Part shown: positions 1-11,696 of the stretch, one piece after another | Layout: each line of letters starts with the position of its first letter | How positions within the stretch are numbered: position 1 is the first letter of the stretch | DNA from: Eledone cirrhosa | Lineage: Eukaryota | Assembly (NCBI GenBank): GCA_964016885.1 | Contig: OZ024743.1 | Location: forward strand, 163,556,001-163,620,000 | DNA length: 64,000 nucleotides | Direction of reading: 5' to 3' | Made by a program: the position numbers and the translations under genes | The notes under the pieces: model-generated | Database searches by the model: none | Told to the model about the DNA's origin: nothing | What the model saw: the letters and a program-made list of their open reading frames with translations, nothing else

Positions 1-452
1 TGCTTTCAGGAATTCCCACTGTTCCTCTATATTGTACGACTCTAAGTGCTCTTCCTTACTGTCGAAAGCATCAAGTAATATGCTTTTAAATTTATTTCTG
101 GCTGTGGGGTCCTTTAGCTTCCATATTTTTCTCCTGAGGATAGTCCTCTTCTGTTGTCGAATAATTCTCGTCCTGACTATGAGGTCGCTAATTATGAGTC
201 TATGTTGGGAGGTGCATTCTTCATGGGGGAGGGATTTAGTGTTTACAACAGACACTCTGTCACGTCTTCTGGTAAGGATATAATCTACCTGGCTGGTATG
301 TTCACCTGATCTGTAGGTGATCAAGTGATTGTCTCGTTTTTTGAAGTTAGTGTTACAGATAGTTAGGTTATTTGCGTCACAGAATTCCAGGATTCTGGAG
401 CCTTCCTCATTTCTAGTACCAAACCCATAGCCTCCGTGGATTCCACCATGGT
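1..452 (-). mobile_element. RTE-clade LINE fragment (APE endonuclease region), truncated by the window edge
   Basis: Minus strand reads GGIHGGYGFGTRNEEGSRILEFCDANNLTICNTNFKKRDNHLITYRSGEHTSQVDYILTRRRD, homologous to the 2208-2525 ORF (GVHGGHSYSSRNEEGVRLLEFCDASTLTICNTNF). Confidence 0.85.
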
Positions 453-979
453 TACTTGGTGAGGAGGGTGACTTTGGACATCCTGCAGGACTAAAAACAA
501 AACCTGTCAAAGGGCAAAGCAGCTCTTAAGAGTCAATGGCCATCCAACATCACCGGGAGAGATAACCCCTTAGCCTTTGTCAAGGCAGAATTCTAGGAGA
601 AGGAAAACTCTGATATAACACCTGCAACCCTGATGGTATCCAATGATGTTGACTTGTTCTTCTTTTTGGTAAATATCATCTTGGTTAAGAGAGTGGGACT
701 GGCTTTGTGCAGTGCCTTTGCTCACTATAAAAGCTTCACGGCACAGGCATTGCTTTATATCTGGAGATCTCTCTGCACTTGTCGTCACATGGTACCATGG
801 GCCCAGCACTATGTGTCAATAATTGTCACAAGTGTAGTGTTTGTACCAGAGTTTTCAAGTCGCTGGCTGGACTAAAATGTCACACTTGTTCAGCGCATCG
901 GTAGGGGTTCTCCTACATAGATATAAAGTAGTGGCCGTACTCGAAAACGAGTTGGCAGCCACCATATATATGCGACTAC

Positions 980-1392
980 AATAACAGCAACAGCACCATT
1001 GTCTGCAGTATCAGTGAAATGAAGAAGAAGAACAACAACAACGGCAGCAACAACAACAACAACGGCAACAACAACAACAACAGCAGCAGCAACTACAATA
1101 ACGACAGCAACAACAACTGCCACCACCATCACTGACCATCCACCACAACCACCATCACTGGCACCATCCACCATCAACGCCATTCACCACCATCCACCAC
1201 CTTCACCACCACCACTACTACCACCGCCACCATCAATAGCACCATCCACCACCATCACCATCATTGACATCATCCACCGCCTCCACCACCACCACTATCA
1301 CTGACACCATCCACCACCATCATTGGCACTATCCACTACCATCACCACCACCACTATTACCAGCGTAAAGCAAACAATTATTATTATTATTA
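980..1392. repeat. Degenerate trinucleotide tract (ACA/GCA/ACC/ATC) ending in (ATT)n
   Basis: Read directly; it explains the Val/Ala-rich ORF 890-1183. Confidence 0.9.
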
Positions 1393-1644
1393 TATAAAAA
1401 CTGAACTGGACTGGGAAAAGTCAACAGTTGACATGATTTTGATTTTGTATCAGTACTGCCGGTAATATATGTATATGTGTGTGAGTGGTGTGTGTGTTTG
1501 TATGCATGAATGAGTGTTGGTGTGTGAGTGGCCTGTGTGTTTATAGTTTGTATGCATGAGTGTTGGTGTGTGTGCGTGTGGTGTCAATAAGTTTTTTTTT
1601 TTTCTTTTTTTATGACCATGCTGTAAAATGGAGGGGTAGAGAGG

Positions 1645-4600
1645 GCTCTTGAATCTAGTAAGACATCCTCTCTAGTGCTGGTGGCACAAATAAAAGCACC
1701 CAGTCCATGCTGTAAAGTGGCGCTGGTGTTAGGAAGGGCATCCAACCAGTGTATCAATGCCAAAACGCTTATCAACACAGCAACAAATAGGAACAACAAC
1801 AAAATATGAAGACGTCGCATCTCAGAGTTGCAACACTTAATGTTGGCACTCTCAGAGGTAGTTCTGCTGAAATAGCGGAGATGCTAGAGAGAAGGCATGT
1901 GGATGTGTGCTGCGTGCAAGAGGTGAGATGGAGAGGTGCCTCTGCGAGACTAGTCGTAGGCTAACATCTTAGCTATAAGCTTTTCTGGGTAGGTAAGGAT
2001 GATGGGTTAGGGGGAGTAGGCATTTTCCTGGCTGAGAGATGGATCAATAAGACAATAGAGGTAGTTCGAGTTAGTAATCGAATAATTAAGCTTAGATTAG
2101 TTGTAGGCAGGAGACTACTGACAATCATCTCTGCCTATGCTCCCCAAGCAGGCCTAGGCAAAGATGAGAAAGACTGCTTTTACGAGCAATTTTTACAAAC
2201 AACCGCAATGACAGAGGACGGAGACATCGTTATGCTAGCAGGAGACTTCAATGGTCATGTTGGACAGCTCCAGGATGGTTACACTGGGGTACATGGTGGG
2301 CACAGTTACAGCTCAAGAAATGAAGAAGGAGTGAGACTTCTTGAATTTTGTGATGCAAGTACACTGACTATTTGTAACACAAACTTCCAGAAACCTGCCA
2401 ATCACCTAATAACCTACAAATCTGGCGAGCACATAAGCCAGATTGACTTGTTACTAGTTAGGCAGCGGGACAGGCAGATAGTGTCTAATACCAAGGCATA
2501 CCCTGGGGAAGAATGTATTCCATAGCATAGGTTAGTCGTTAGTGATATGTCTCAGTAAGCAAGAGATGGAATGAGACATACAGGAAGGTGTGGAAAATAA
2601 AGGTCTGGAAGCTAAAAGACCTTTCACTAAAATAAAAATTTAGGAAAGCCCTTCAAGATGTATATGACAAAAAAGAAGACGATTTAGAGACGTATGACAT
2701 AGATAAAACTGGAATTTCTTACGGGACAACTTGCTGCAGGCTACTGATGAAAGTTGTAGCTGGAGCAGAGCTCCAACCAGACAGAGAGTGACCTGGTGGT
2801 GGAACAGCACAGTAGATAAGGCCATTAGAGACAAAAGGCTAGCATGGAAGGCTTGGAAAAAGGGTGGGAGTAGGGAAGAATATACAGCCGCTAAGAGAGA
2901 AGCTAGACGTCAGGTGTACTTAGCACACAGGGAGGCTGAGAGTAGGAGGTTTGCCAATGTTCTGCGACGGGAAGATCAGAGGTGTGTGGTGTTCCACATT
3001 GCAAGGCAGTATGTCAATGCAACTCAGGATGATGCTGGTGTACTTAGTGGCACGAATGATCAGAAAAAGGAGGTCTGGAAATGTCATTATGAGAGACTAA
3101 TGAATGGGAGAGAGAGAAATTACCCTTAGTAGATCCGACAGAGGGACCGGCTATTGAGATTGACGAATATAGGGTCCAAGAGGCGATTAAGGAAATGAAA
3201 AATGGTAAGGCTGCTGGACCATCGGGAATAGTTGCTGAGATGCTGAAGGCATCAGGGGACGTAGGCACTAAACTGGTTGCACGCATCATTAATCAGGCTA
3301 TATATGGTGGTGTCATACCCAAAGACTGGTGCAGCAGTATTCTCATAAATTGCTACAAAGGTAAAGGGGATGCTCTGGAGAGGAGCAATTATAGGGGTAT
3401 AAAACTGATGGATCAGGTTATGAAAGTGGCAGAAAGGATATTAGCACAACTAATTAGAGAAAAGGTCAAACTAGATGAGATGCAGTTTGGTTTTGTGCCT
3501 GGGAAGAGTACAACAGATGCCCTCTTCTTAGAGGTTCTTAGAGAAAAATAAACCACTCTACCTAGCCTTTGTTGACCTAGTGAAGGCCTTTGATAGGGTA
3601 CCCCGATCTGTCATCTGGTGGTCCCTAAGGAAACTAGGTGTTGAGGAATGGCTTGTGAGGACAGTGAAAACTTTGTAGAGAGGTACTCTCAGTAAAGTCA
3701 GGGTAGGAATGGAGTTTAGTGAGGAATTCCAGATACAAGTAGGAGTACATCAAGGTTCAGTCCTCAGCCCGCTCTTGTTCATTATAGTCCTCCAAGCCAT
3801 AACAGAGGAGTTTAAGACTGGCTGTCCATAGGGACTTCTCTATGCTGACGATCTGGTTCTTATAGCAGAATCAGTAGAGGAGCTAGAGAATAAATTCTGG
3901 CTATTGAAACATCGGTTGGAAGCAAGAGGACTGAGAGTGAACCTAGCTAAGACAAAAGTGTTGATGAGTAGAAAAGAGGACAAAACTCTGATTCTGTCAG
4001 GGAAATGGCCATGTTCGATATGCAGAAAAGGAATTGGCATAAATTCTATAAAATGCACACAATGCAGATCATGGGTACACAAGAGATGTAGTGGGATAGC
4101 AGGAAAACTAACAGGTAGGGAGAAATATGTATGCAGTAGATGTACAGGGAAATTAGACAGTAGAAGTTGCATTGATAGACACATTTTTCAAATGCAGGAG
4201 GGTGCTATAGAAGTGGTGGATAGCTTCCGGTACCTAGGAGATCAGATTAGCATGGGAGGAGGGTGTTCCGAGGCCATAGTATCTAGAATAAGGACGGGTT
4301 GTAAGAAGTTTAGGGAGCTGCTTCTGCTGACTAAGAAGGGTTTCTCCCTGCGTACGAAAGGCCGGTTGTATGATGCCTGTGTGAGGAGCGCGATGCTGCA
4401 TGGTAGTGAGACATGAGCAGCAACTGCAGAGGATATGCGACGGCTGGAGAGAAATGAGGCAAGTATGCTCCGTTGGATGTGCAGTGTCAATGTGCGTGAA
4501 CGACCCAGCATGAATGTGTTGAGAGAGAAACTGTTGAGAGGGATAGAATGTAGTGTACGGGAGAGGAGACTGAGGTGGCATGGACATGTGATGCGCATGG

Positions 4601-4828
4601 AAGATGACCGATGGGTGAAGAAGTGCCAGGAAATGCCAGTTGAAGGAAGACGTGGTAGAGGTACACCACGAAAAACATGGGCGGAGGTGGTGAGAACAGA
4701 CCTCAGATCGTTGAAGCTCACGGTGGAGATGACGAAGGACCGTGACGAGTGGAGAGATGCTGTGCTGAATAAGACCCATCCCACCCTTGTGAGCAGGGAA
4801 GAGCGGACGTAAAATGATGATGATGATT
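1645..4828 (+). mobile_element. Near-full-length, inactivated RTE-clade non-LTR retrotransposon (5' UTR, APE, RT, PHD finger, thumb, (GAT)n tail)
   Basis: From about 1818 reads HLRVATLNVGTLRG..VDVCCVQEVRW (APE N-terminus), then SAYAPQ and AGDFNGH, then GKAAGPSG, KGKGDALERSNYRGIKL, QFGFVPGKSTTDA, GVHQGSVLSP, YADD at 3841-3852, RLRWHGHVMRM and GRRGRGTPRKTW. It ends CGGACGTAAAATGATGATGATGAT. Several stops and frameshifts split the single ORF. The 5' boundary is approximate. Confidence 0.93.
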
Positions 4829-5304
4829 GTATGTTTCTAAATTTAAGTAACACATTTTTCTGCAATAAATTTTATTAAATGACTTCAATTAGTTGTCATG
4901 TGTGGCCCTCAGACAACACATATGTGACCCATGTGACCCTCAGGGGACATGCCTGCCATAAAGCATTCTATCCGACAACTTAATGACTGCCAATTCGCCT
5001 TATATATATATATATATATATAGTTATGTAATAAACAACATAAGACAATTATTTTATTTACCAAAGGTTTCACGAAGACCTCCTGTATTAGTACATTTTT
5101 TTATTGATTTTGGAAGGTTGAAAAGCAAAGTTGACCATGGTGGGAGATCTGGGACGAATATTGCAAAGCATTCTATCTGTGTCCTAACAACTCTGCTAAT
5201 TCACACCTTCTTATACAAATAATATATACAGTACTTTATTACATCTAAACAACAGAAAACAAATCAAAAGTAGAATCTTTAACCTTTAGGAAAAATGTTG
5301 TTCT

Positions 5305-5452
5305 TCATCATCATCGGTATCATCATCATCACCATCGCCATTATCATTATCACGACCTTCACCATCATCATTATCACCACAGTTATTTCCATCATTACCA
5401 CAATCATCATAATCACCACTTTCATTACCAACATCATCGTCACCATCATCAT
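5305..5452. repeat. Degenerate (ATC/ACC)n microsatellite
   Basis: Read directly; source of the D-rich and I/T-rich ORFs at 5286-5519. Confidence 0.9.
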
Positions 5453-5540
5453 ATTCCCTGATAATTGTCAATTGATTGAATCTGTTATAAAGAATGATTC
5501 AGAGGAAATTCAATATTGAACATTTTTTTCTGTTCTTCAG

Positions 5541-5623
5541 AAAGACTCCGGCACCTTCCCAAGTCGCACTGAAATTAGGTGGAGCCCTGACTTCTCTTTG
5601 GTTGCAATTGGTAACATTGATGG
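5541..5623 (+). CDS. GEMIN5: GEMIN5-like WD40 protein, internal exon A (KDSGTFPSRTEIRWSPDFSLVAIGNIDG)
   Basis: Polypyrimidine acceptor ttctgttcttcAG and donor GG|gtaag; 83 nt, ends phase 2. Resembles human GEMIN5 [20 protein letters not shown] (from memory). Confidence 0.85.
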
Positions 5624-5649
5624 GTAAGATAATATCATGGTTAATTTCA

Positions 5650-5814
5650 ATATGAGTGAGAATGGCTGTGAAATTAAAGGCCTGGGGATAGTTAGAATGG
5701 CTATGAATTTAAGGGCCTGGGGATAGAATGGCTGTGAAATTAAGGGCCTAGGGTTAGTTAGAATGGCTGTGAAATTAAGGGCCTGGGGTTAATGAGTGAG
5801 AATGGCTGTGAAAT
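5650..5814. repeat. Minisatellite, 33-39 bp unit (GTGAGAATGGCTGTGAAATTAAGGGCCTGGGGTTA-like), left part
   Basis: About five degenerate copies before the CR1 insertion. Confidence 0.9.
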
Positions 5815-7060
5815 GAACAATGTACGAATCATAATATACATGTGTGCGTGTATATGGAGGGGGGACATCAGGTATAGTGTTGGCGAATCTCAGGAAGCAT
5901 GGAGGTTTTAAAGGATGCAGTGTATCGACAGCTAACAACTGATGCAGGTAGTTTGTTCCATGCTTCAGCAATTCTGAGCGTGAAAAACTGTTTCTGAAAG
6001 TCATGGGAGCTGAGCTGTTTTCTGACTTTGTAGGCATGCCCATGGATGTTAGACACATGGAAATCAAAAAGGTGCTCAGGGTTGTTGGCAAGATGGTTAA
6101 TAATTTTGTGGGTTTTTACCAAGTCAGTTGCCAGACGTCGGAGCTTCAATGCATCAATGCCCAGGGAAGCAAGGCGTTCAGAGTATGGTAGATGCCTGAT
6201 GGAGGGGTATTCGCTTGGTTGCATGTCTCTGAACAGTTTCCAGGAGGTCAATGTTCTGAGCAAGATAAGTGTTCCAGACTGGTGATGCAAATTTAAGTGT
6301 GGCCGCACCATAGCTATATACAGCTTTAAATAGATAACTGGAGAGCGGCTGACAAAGATCTTGCTGAATGATACTAAGACACCCTCGGCCTTCTTGACAA
6401 TTTTAGAGACATGCTTCGTCCAACGCAAATCGCTGTTGACATTAATGCGCAGGTCACGTTCACAAGAAAGCTTTTTGATATTAGTGTTGTGGAGGGAGTA
6501 TGTGGATGCTGGGTTTTTACTCCCAAAATGCATGGTGGTATACTTGTTCACAGCCAACTTGAGTTGCCAGTCCGTGATCCATTGTTGCATTGTGTCCAGG
6601 TCTGATTGCAGGAAAGATCTATAGTGTTCAGGATCTGTCCTTTTTATCTCAAGGTACAGCTTGATGTCATCTACATATTTCAGTACTGTGGCATTCTTTA
6701 AGTTGGTATCTATGTCATCAATATATGCCACAAACAAAAGGAGACCAAGAACAGATCCCTGTGGTACACCCGATAACATCTCACACAGTGAGGAATGCTG
6801 TCCTAGAACCGTGACTACCTCTCTCCGACTGAGAATGAAGGACTTCAACCAGTTAAAAAGATCATCCTTCACACCCATTGCAGAGAGTTTTGCCATAAGT
6901 CTTTTGTGTGGCACAGAATTGAAAGCTTTAGCAAAGTCAAGGTAAACAACATCCACCCATGAGCTGCCATCAGTGATCCGGGTGATGTCTTCAAGAAACT
7001 CGATAAGTTGATACAGCAGCTGAAGTTAGGGATAAATCCAAATTGCAAGGGCCGAATTAG
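5815..7060 (-). mobile_element. 5'-truncated CR1-like LINE (RT C-terminal half and 3' end)
   Basis: ORF 5868-6956 reads DVVYLDFAKAFNSVPHKRL, SGVPQGSVLG, YVDD, ERDLRINV, LYIAMVRPHL, YSERLASLG, FFTLRIAEAWNKLP; upstream QFGFIP at about 7030-7047. These are typical CR1-group RT motifs. Confidence 0.88.
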
Positions 7061-7305
7061 TCAGTGAGAATGGCTGTGAAATTAAGAGTCTGGGACTAAT
7101 GAGTGAGAATGCCTGTGAAATTAAGGGTCTGGGACTAGTGAGTGATAATGGCTGTGAAATTAAGGATATGGGACTAATGAGTGAGAGTGGCTGTGAAATT
7201 AAGGGTCTGGGGTTAGTGAGTGAGAATGACTGTGAAATTAAAGGTCTGGTGTTAGTGAGAATGGCTATGGAATTAAGAGTTTGAGGCTAGTGAAATTAAG
7301 GGTGT
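7061..7305. repeat. Minisatellite, 39-bp unit, right part
   Basis: GAGTGAGAATGGCTGTGAAATTAAGGGTCTGGGACTAAT about six times; same unit as 5650-5814. Confidence 0.9.
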
Positions 7306-7348
7306 TGTGTTATTGGGTAAGAAACATAGTTTATGATTACCCATGGTA

Positions 7349-7540
7349 GGGCAGTGGATTGGCAGTATTGGTAGAGGGTCGGACGCAATGCTTTGATGCA
7401 TAGAGTTACGGCCCTTGCCATTCTGAGTTCAAATCCCGCCGAGGTTAACTTTGCCTTTCATCCTTATGGGGTCGATAAAATAAAGTACCAGTAATACACT
7501 GGGTAACTGCTGGCCTTGTGCCAAAAGTAGAAACAATTAT
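7349..7540 (+). mobile_element. tRNA-derived SINE (family 1) with a 14-bp target-site duplication
   Basis: B-box-like GAGTTCAAATCC at 7425-7436, central GCCTTTCATCCTTATGGGGTCGATAAAATAAAGTACCAG and (ATT) tail. ATTACCCATGGTAG is repeated at 7336-7349 and 7539-7552. Confidence 0.85.
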
Positions 7541-7839
7541 TACCCATGGTAGTGTGGAAAATGGATGTTAAATGGTGATGATGATTGTTTAGCCACAGAT
7601 CTATGATTAACTCTTTCATGACTGTATTTCTAATGAGTTAGTTGTACATGCACACACATACTTGCACATACAATGTACACACATTTGCATGTGTGTACAT
7701 TGTATAGTATGAATAAATACTAATGCATGTGCACTCTTCTATGGTAACATTCATATACTCTCAAATAATTCATGTATGCACAATTGCTCAGACACCCACA
7801 CTTAAAGACATACATACACACACTTGCACAATCCAACAA

Positions 7840-8025
7840 GGGAACTTGTACATTGTTGTTCGAACTGCTAGACATAGCAGCCAAATATCCTACAAATAAC
7901 AACCTATGGTCTTGGAAAGGGAAGAATATATTGAATAATGTAGTCCTAGATACACTATGCCTTACAAAATACTGGATGGTCATGGTTGGAAGGCTTTGGG
8001 CATAGGTCTGCACGACAACAACAAT
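7840..8025 (+). repeat. Dispersed repeat with (AAC)n tail; related pieces at about 12045-12110, 13560-13640 and 14520-14695
   Basis: Shared motifs CTGCTAG..ATAGCAGCCAAAT..C..CAAAT and GGATGGTCATGG.TGGAA..C, ending in ACAACAACAA. Confidence 0.55.
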
Positions 8026-8134
8026 ATACACACTTGCACTCACATTCACATATTTACATCTGTACAGATACGTACACAAGCATTTGCCCAATCATACATG
8101 CTCACATACACTTGCACTCAGGAACTAACATCAT

Positions 8135-8430
8135 TATTCATCATCATCACTATCTTATGTCCATTTTCCGTGCTGGCATAGGTTGGACGTGTTGTTACTT
8201 TCTGAGACTAGACAAGTCAGAAGCCCACTTCTTGCTCATACATTTCATTTTGGCATGGTTTCTAAAGCTGGATGCCATTCCTAATGCCAACCACTTTACA
8301 AGATTGGCTGGGTGCATTTATCATGGCACCAACACTAGCACTTGGCACCATAGACTGGGTGCATTTTATCATGGCATCACTACTTTGCAGAGTGTGCCAG
8401 GTGCATTTATCGTTGTCCAAGCACTAGAGA
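8135..8430 (-). mobile_element. RTE-related non-autonomous element with (GAT)n tail
   Basis: Reverse complement has tandem AATGCACCCAG..GTAAAGTGGTTGGCATTAGGAATGGCATCCAGC modules and the CCAACCTATGCCAGCACGGAAAATGGACAT..GATGATGAT tail. Confidence 0.7.
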
Positions 8431-8535
8431 GTACATTGTTTTCTATTGAAATTGAAAAATATCTTGGGTTCTTTGTCTGTCTGTCTCATGATATTTACAA
8501 TTGTTTTATGTATACTAAATATTGTGTATTTATAG

Positions 8536-8732
8536 GTCTGTTGAGATATTTCATCCTCCACATTTACAATTGATGTGTGTGATAAACATTGTTTCTAAAA
8601 TCATCAACTGTATCAGTTGGCACCCACTGTATACTTCTAACTACAATATGATATCTAACTGTTCCAACTGGCTGGCAGTAGGATCCAATGATTCACTGGT
8701 ACACGTTGTGGATCTCACTGATGTTATTAAAG
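8536..8732 (+). CDS. GEMIN5: GEMIN5-like exon B (SVEIFHPPHLQLMCVINIVSKIINCISWHPLYTSNYNMISNCSNWLAVGSNDSLVHVVDLTDVIK)
   Basis: Acceptor tttatAG, donor G|gtatgt; 197 nt. Phase 2 in completes Gly (GG+G), phase 1 out. Resembles human [48 protein letters not shown]. Confidence 0.9.
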
Positions 8733-8837
8733 GTATGTAAACCACTTAACTTCTATTGTTTTGTACTTTCTATACTAGAAACAATACCTAAAAAGAGGTT
8801 GATAAGACTCTTCAGTTGTGTCAAAGATATAACAACC

Positions 8838-8990
8838 TGCCTAGTGTTGATATCATTATGAAATGCACCCAATACACTCTGTAAAGGGGAAGGTAATAGG
8901 ATGGGCATTTATCTGCAAAACATTACCTCAAAACATCCCATCCAACCCATGATAGCATGGAAAAATCAACATAAAAATGATAATGATATA
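8838..8990 (+). mobile_element. Short RTE-related element followed by (TA)n at 8994-9032
   Basis: AAATGCACCCAATACACTCTGTAAAG..TAGGATGGGCAT..CCAACCCATGATAGCATGGAAAAAT..ATGATAATGAT. Confidence 0.7.
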
Positions 8991-9032
<42 letters not shown>

Positions 9033-9035
<3 letters not shown>

Positions 9036-9232
9036 AAAGGTAAACAGAAATAACAACACAATCGGTACAGTATATGGGAGGTTAACGCTTGATATAGCAG
9101 GAAGAGGGTCTTAACGTTTCGGACGCTAGTCCTTCATCAGAAGAAAGAATGAGAAATAAGATAGATTGAGGGGATGGGTGGGCTGGAATTGGAAAAAATG
9201 TCTTTAGATAAAAATAACAGGTCCATACACAT
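9033..9232 (-). mobile_element. Short Penelope-like terminal-repeat copy carrying a hammerhead
   Basis: Near-identical to 25548-25748, the 3' end of the Penelope-like element; abuts (TA)n. Confidence 0.75.
9109..9144 (-). ncRNA. Minimal type I hammerhead ribozyme, copy 1
   Basis: Minus strand: TCTT CTGATGA A GGAC TAGC GTCC GAAA C GTT AAGA, i.e. core CUGAUGA/GAAA, stem II GGAC/GUCC, stem I UCUU/AAGA and palindromic AACGUU. Confidence 0.78.
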
Positions 9233-9236
9233 AAAT

Positions 9237-10315
9237 ATCATCATGATCATCGTTTAACGTTCACTTTTCCACGCTGGCATGGGTTAGACAAGTTATCCTC
9301 TTGTGAGAAATGCCAGGACAGGTGACCATGTCCTGCTCATACAGAACTGATTTTGACTTGGTTTCTACAGCTGGATGCCCTTCCTAGCGTCAACCACATT
9401 TACAGTGAGTACTGGGTGTTTTTTGTCGTGACACCTACATGTCCTCTTTACAGTGTGGCCTGGAATCTCGGTCCTGTGTCATCACCTTGGAGAAGTGCAA
9501 CTTGGCGAGGTCAGTTTTTATCATCTTGTCCCAAGTCCTCCTAGGTCTCTTTACTCCAAGGCTTCCACCTTTTTATACAGCTGTCAACCTTCATACACAA
9601 CACATGTCCATACCAACGCAATCTCTTCTCCTACACACTGCATCTGATTCCTCTTATGCCTAGTTTCTCTCTCAGTTCATTTATGCTTTGCCGGTCACCT
9701 ACATTACTATTACACATCCATTGGAGCATGCAAGCTTCATTTCTTTCCAATCTATGCAAGTCTTCTCCACACAGTGTCCAGGTCTCATTACCAAGCAACA
9801 TTGCTGTTCGTATGCATGCATCATACAATCTGCCTTTCATTTTGTGGAAAAAGCCTTTTTCAACTAGCAGTGGTATTTGCTCACTGAACTTCTTCCATCA
9901 CATTTTTACTCTGGCTACTGTACTTTCAAAACATCCACCTCCGCTGCTAATTTAGTCACCCAGGTAGCAGAAGCTGTCTACTGTTTCTACTGAGCCCTCC
10001 CAAAATTTGATAGCGCTTGTTTCTTGTGGTAGTTTGCTGCTAAGAACAGAGCCTTGGTAAATGTCAACCTGTACGCTAAATTCCTCGCTATAGACATTGT
10101 TAATCCTAACTTTGCTGACTGCTCCCCTTTACATGGCTTGTACAGCCTTCACAAGCCACTCATCTACTCCTAGTTTTCTAAGAGCTCACCAATTATAGCA
10201 CGGAGCATTATATCGAAAGCTTTTTCCAGATCGACAAATGCCTGGTAGAGCGGCTTACTTTTAGCTAGGTACTTTTCCTGTAACTGCCTCACAAGGAAGA
10301 GAGCATCAGTGGTGC
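9237..10315 (-). mobile_element. RTE LINE 3' fragment (RT and thumb, internally deleted) with tail
   Basis: KGRLYDACIRTAMLLGNETW..LERNEACMLQWMC and TTDALFLVRQLQEKYLAKSKPLYQAFVDLEKAFD; (GAT)n tail at about 9237-9252. Confidence 0.88.
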
Positions 10316-10319
10316 CTAG

Positions 10320-11500
10320 CTGAATCTGTAGGTAAGTTAGAGGCCAAATTTCAAGCATGGAAGAAAAACCTAAAGCTGAAAGGCCTAAAAGTAAATTTAG
10401 CAAAGATGAAAGTCTTAATAAGTAGGAAAAAAGACAGGAATGAGATACCATCAGGAAAGTGGCTTTGTTCGATATGTCAGAAAGGGGTGGACAGAAATTC
10501 CATAAGGTGCACACAATGTAAAGTATGGATACACAAGATATGTATTGGGATTGCAGGTAGGTTAACGGAAAAGATAGACTTTATATGCAGCAGATGCACA
10601 GGGGAAGTGATCACAAAGAGCACACATGAAATAAATTCCCTCAGAATATATTCTAGAGTTGTGGACAGCTTTTGGACAGCAAATTAGTAGTGGAATAGGA
10701 TGCGCTGAAAGTGAGATCTAGGATAAGAACAGGCTGGAAGAAGTTTAGAGATCGACTACTGCTGCTAACAACGAAATGCTTTTCTCTCAGACTGTATGAT
10801 GCCTGTGTATGAACTACAATGTACAGCAGTGAAACATGGGCCTTGACTGCAGAAGACCTGCAGAGGCTAGAAAGAAATGGATCAAGTATGCTCCATTGGA
10901 TGTGTAATGTTAGTGTGCATACACAAACTGTAGGAAAAACTTGGCATAAGAGGAATTGGATGTAGTGTGCAAAAGAGAAGACTGTGTTGGTATGGACATG
11001 TGATGTGCATGGAAGATAGCAGCTGCATAAAGAAATGCCAGTGGCTGGGACCTGTGGAAGAGGTAGATCCAAGAAGACATGGGATGAGGTTGTGAAGACT
11101 GACCTTAAAAAACTAAACTTCACAACAGAAATTACTAAAGGCTGCGAGGGCTGGCACTATGTGGTGCTGAAGAAGACTCGACATGCAGCATAGAAATATG
11201 ACCTGACCTACCCCTATGCTCCTTCCCTTCTACTTGCACTCCCTAGCAGTTATTTTCAATATCACTACTTTGACCCCACTGCACATGCCCTCCCCGTTCC
11301 TAGCAGCTGCCCACCTCTGAAGTGGTTGGTGATGGGAATGGCATCCGGCTGTAGAAAGCCTACCAGATAAAGGGTCGGGCAGACCCTTCAGTCATGTGAA
11401 GGACATGACAGCCTCACTAGTGCTTGGTGATCTACACAATAAACGTATCCTGGACATGCTCTAAAGTAATTGGTGATAGGACGGGCATCCAGCTTTAGAC
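10320..11500 (+). mobile_element. RTE LINE 3' fragment (PHD finger, thumb) and downstream modules, head-to-head with the previous fragment
   Basis: KVLISRKKDRNEIPSGKWLCSICQKGVDRNSIRCTQCKVWIHKICIG..FICSRC, then GRGRSKKTWDEVV; GGCATCC modules at about 11330-11500. Confidence 0.85.
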
Positions 11501-11539
11501 ATGGTTTCTATGGGAGGATTGCCTTCTTAATGCCACTAA

Positions 11540-11696
11540 ATGTATGTCTGTGTCTATGTTTATATCTGTTTAGGTCCTGTAACTTAGCAGTTAGGAAAAA
11601 TGAATTTTGTAAAATAAATACTAAGCTCAGTATGATCAACTAAATGAAATCAGTTCCCCAGCAAGGCCATAGTGTAATGGCTGAAACCAGTAAACG
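11540..11696 (+). mobile_element. 3' half of a tRNA-derived SINE (family 2), degenerate
   Basis: GT-rich stretch then GTCCTGTAACTTAGCAGTTAGGAAAAA..CCAGCAAGGCCATAGTGTAATGGCTGAAACCAGTAAA; resembles the 3' half of a common octopus SINE as remembered. Confidence 0.55.

Noticed and set aside
455-960. Segment containing CTAGGAGAAGGAAAACTCTGA, reminiscent of a retroelement 5' region, with short ORFs
   Set aside because: I could not assign a family, a ribozyme fold or a coding signal with confidence; it needs a Dfam/Rfam search.
4234-4865. Antisense ORFs of 181 and 207 aa
   Set aside because: They are shadows of the RTE coding strand.
7349-7440. tRNA gene
   Set aside because: It has a B box but no cloverleaf, and it continues into a SINE body with a TSD. 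The same lack of a cloverleaf applies at 28609-28680.
7720-8573. ORFs of 123-195 aa upstream of exon B
   Set aside because: They run through CA/TA-rich sequence and repeats; only 8536-8732 has splice signals and homology.
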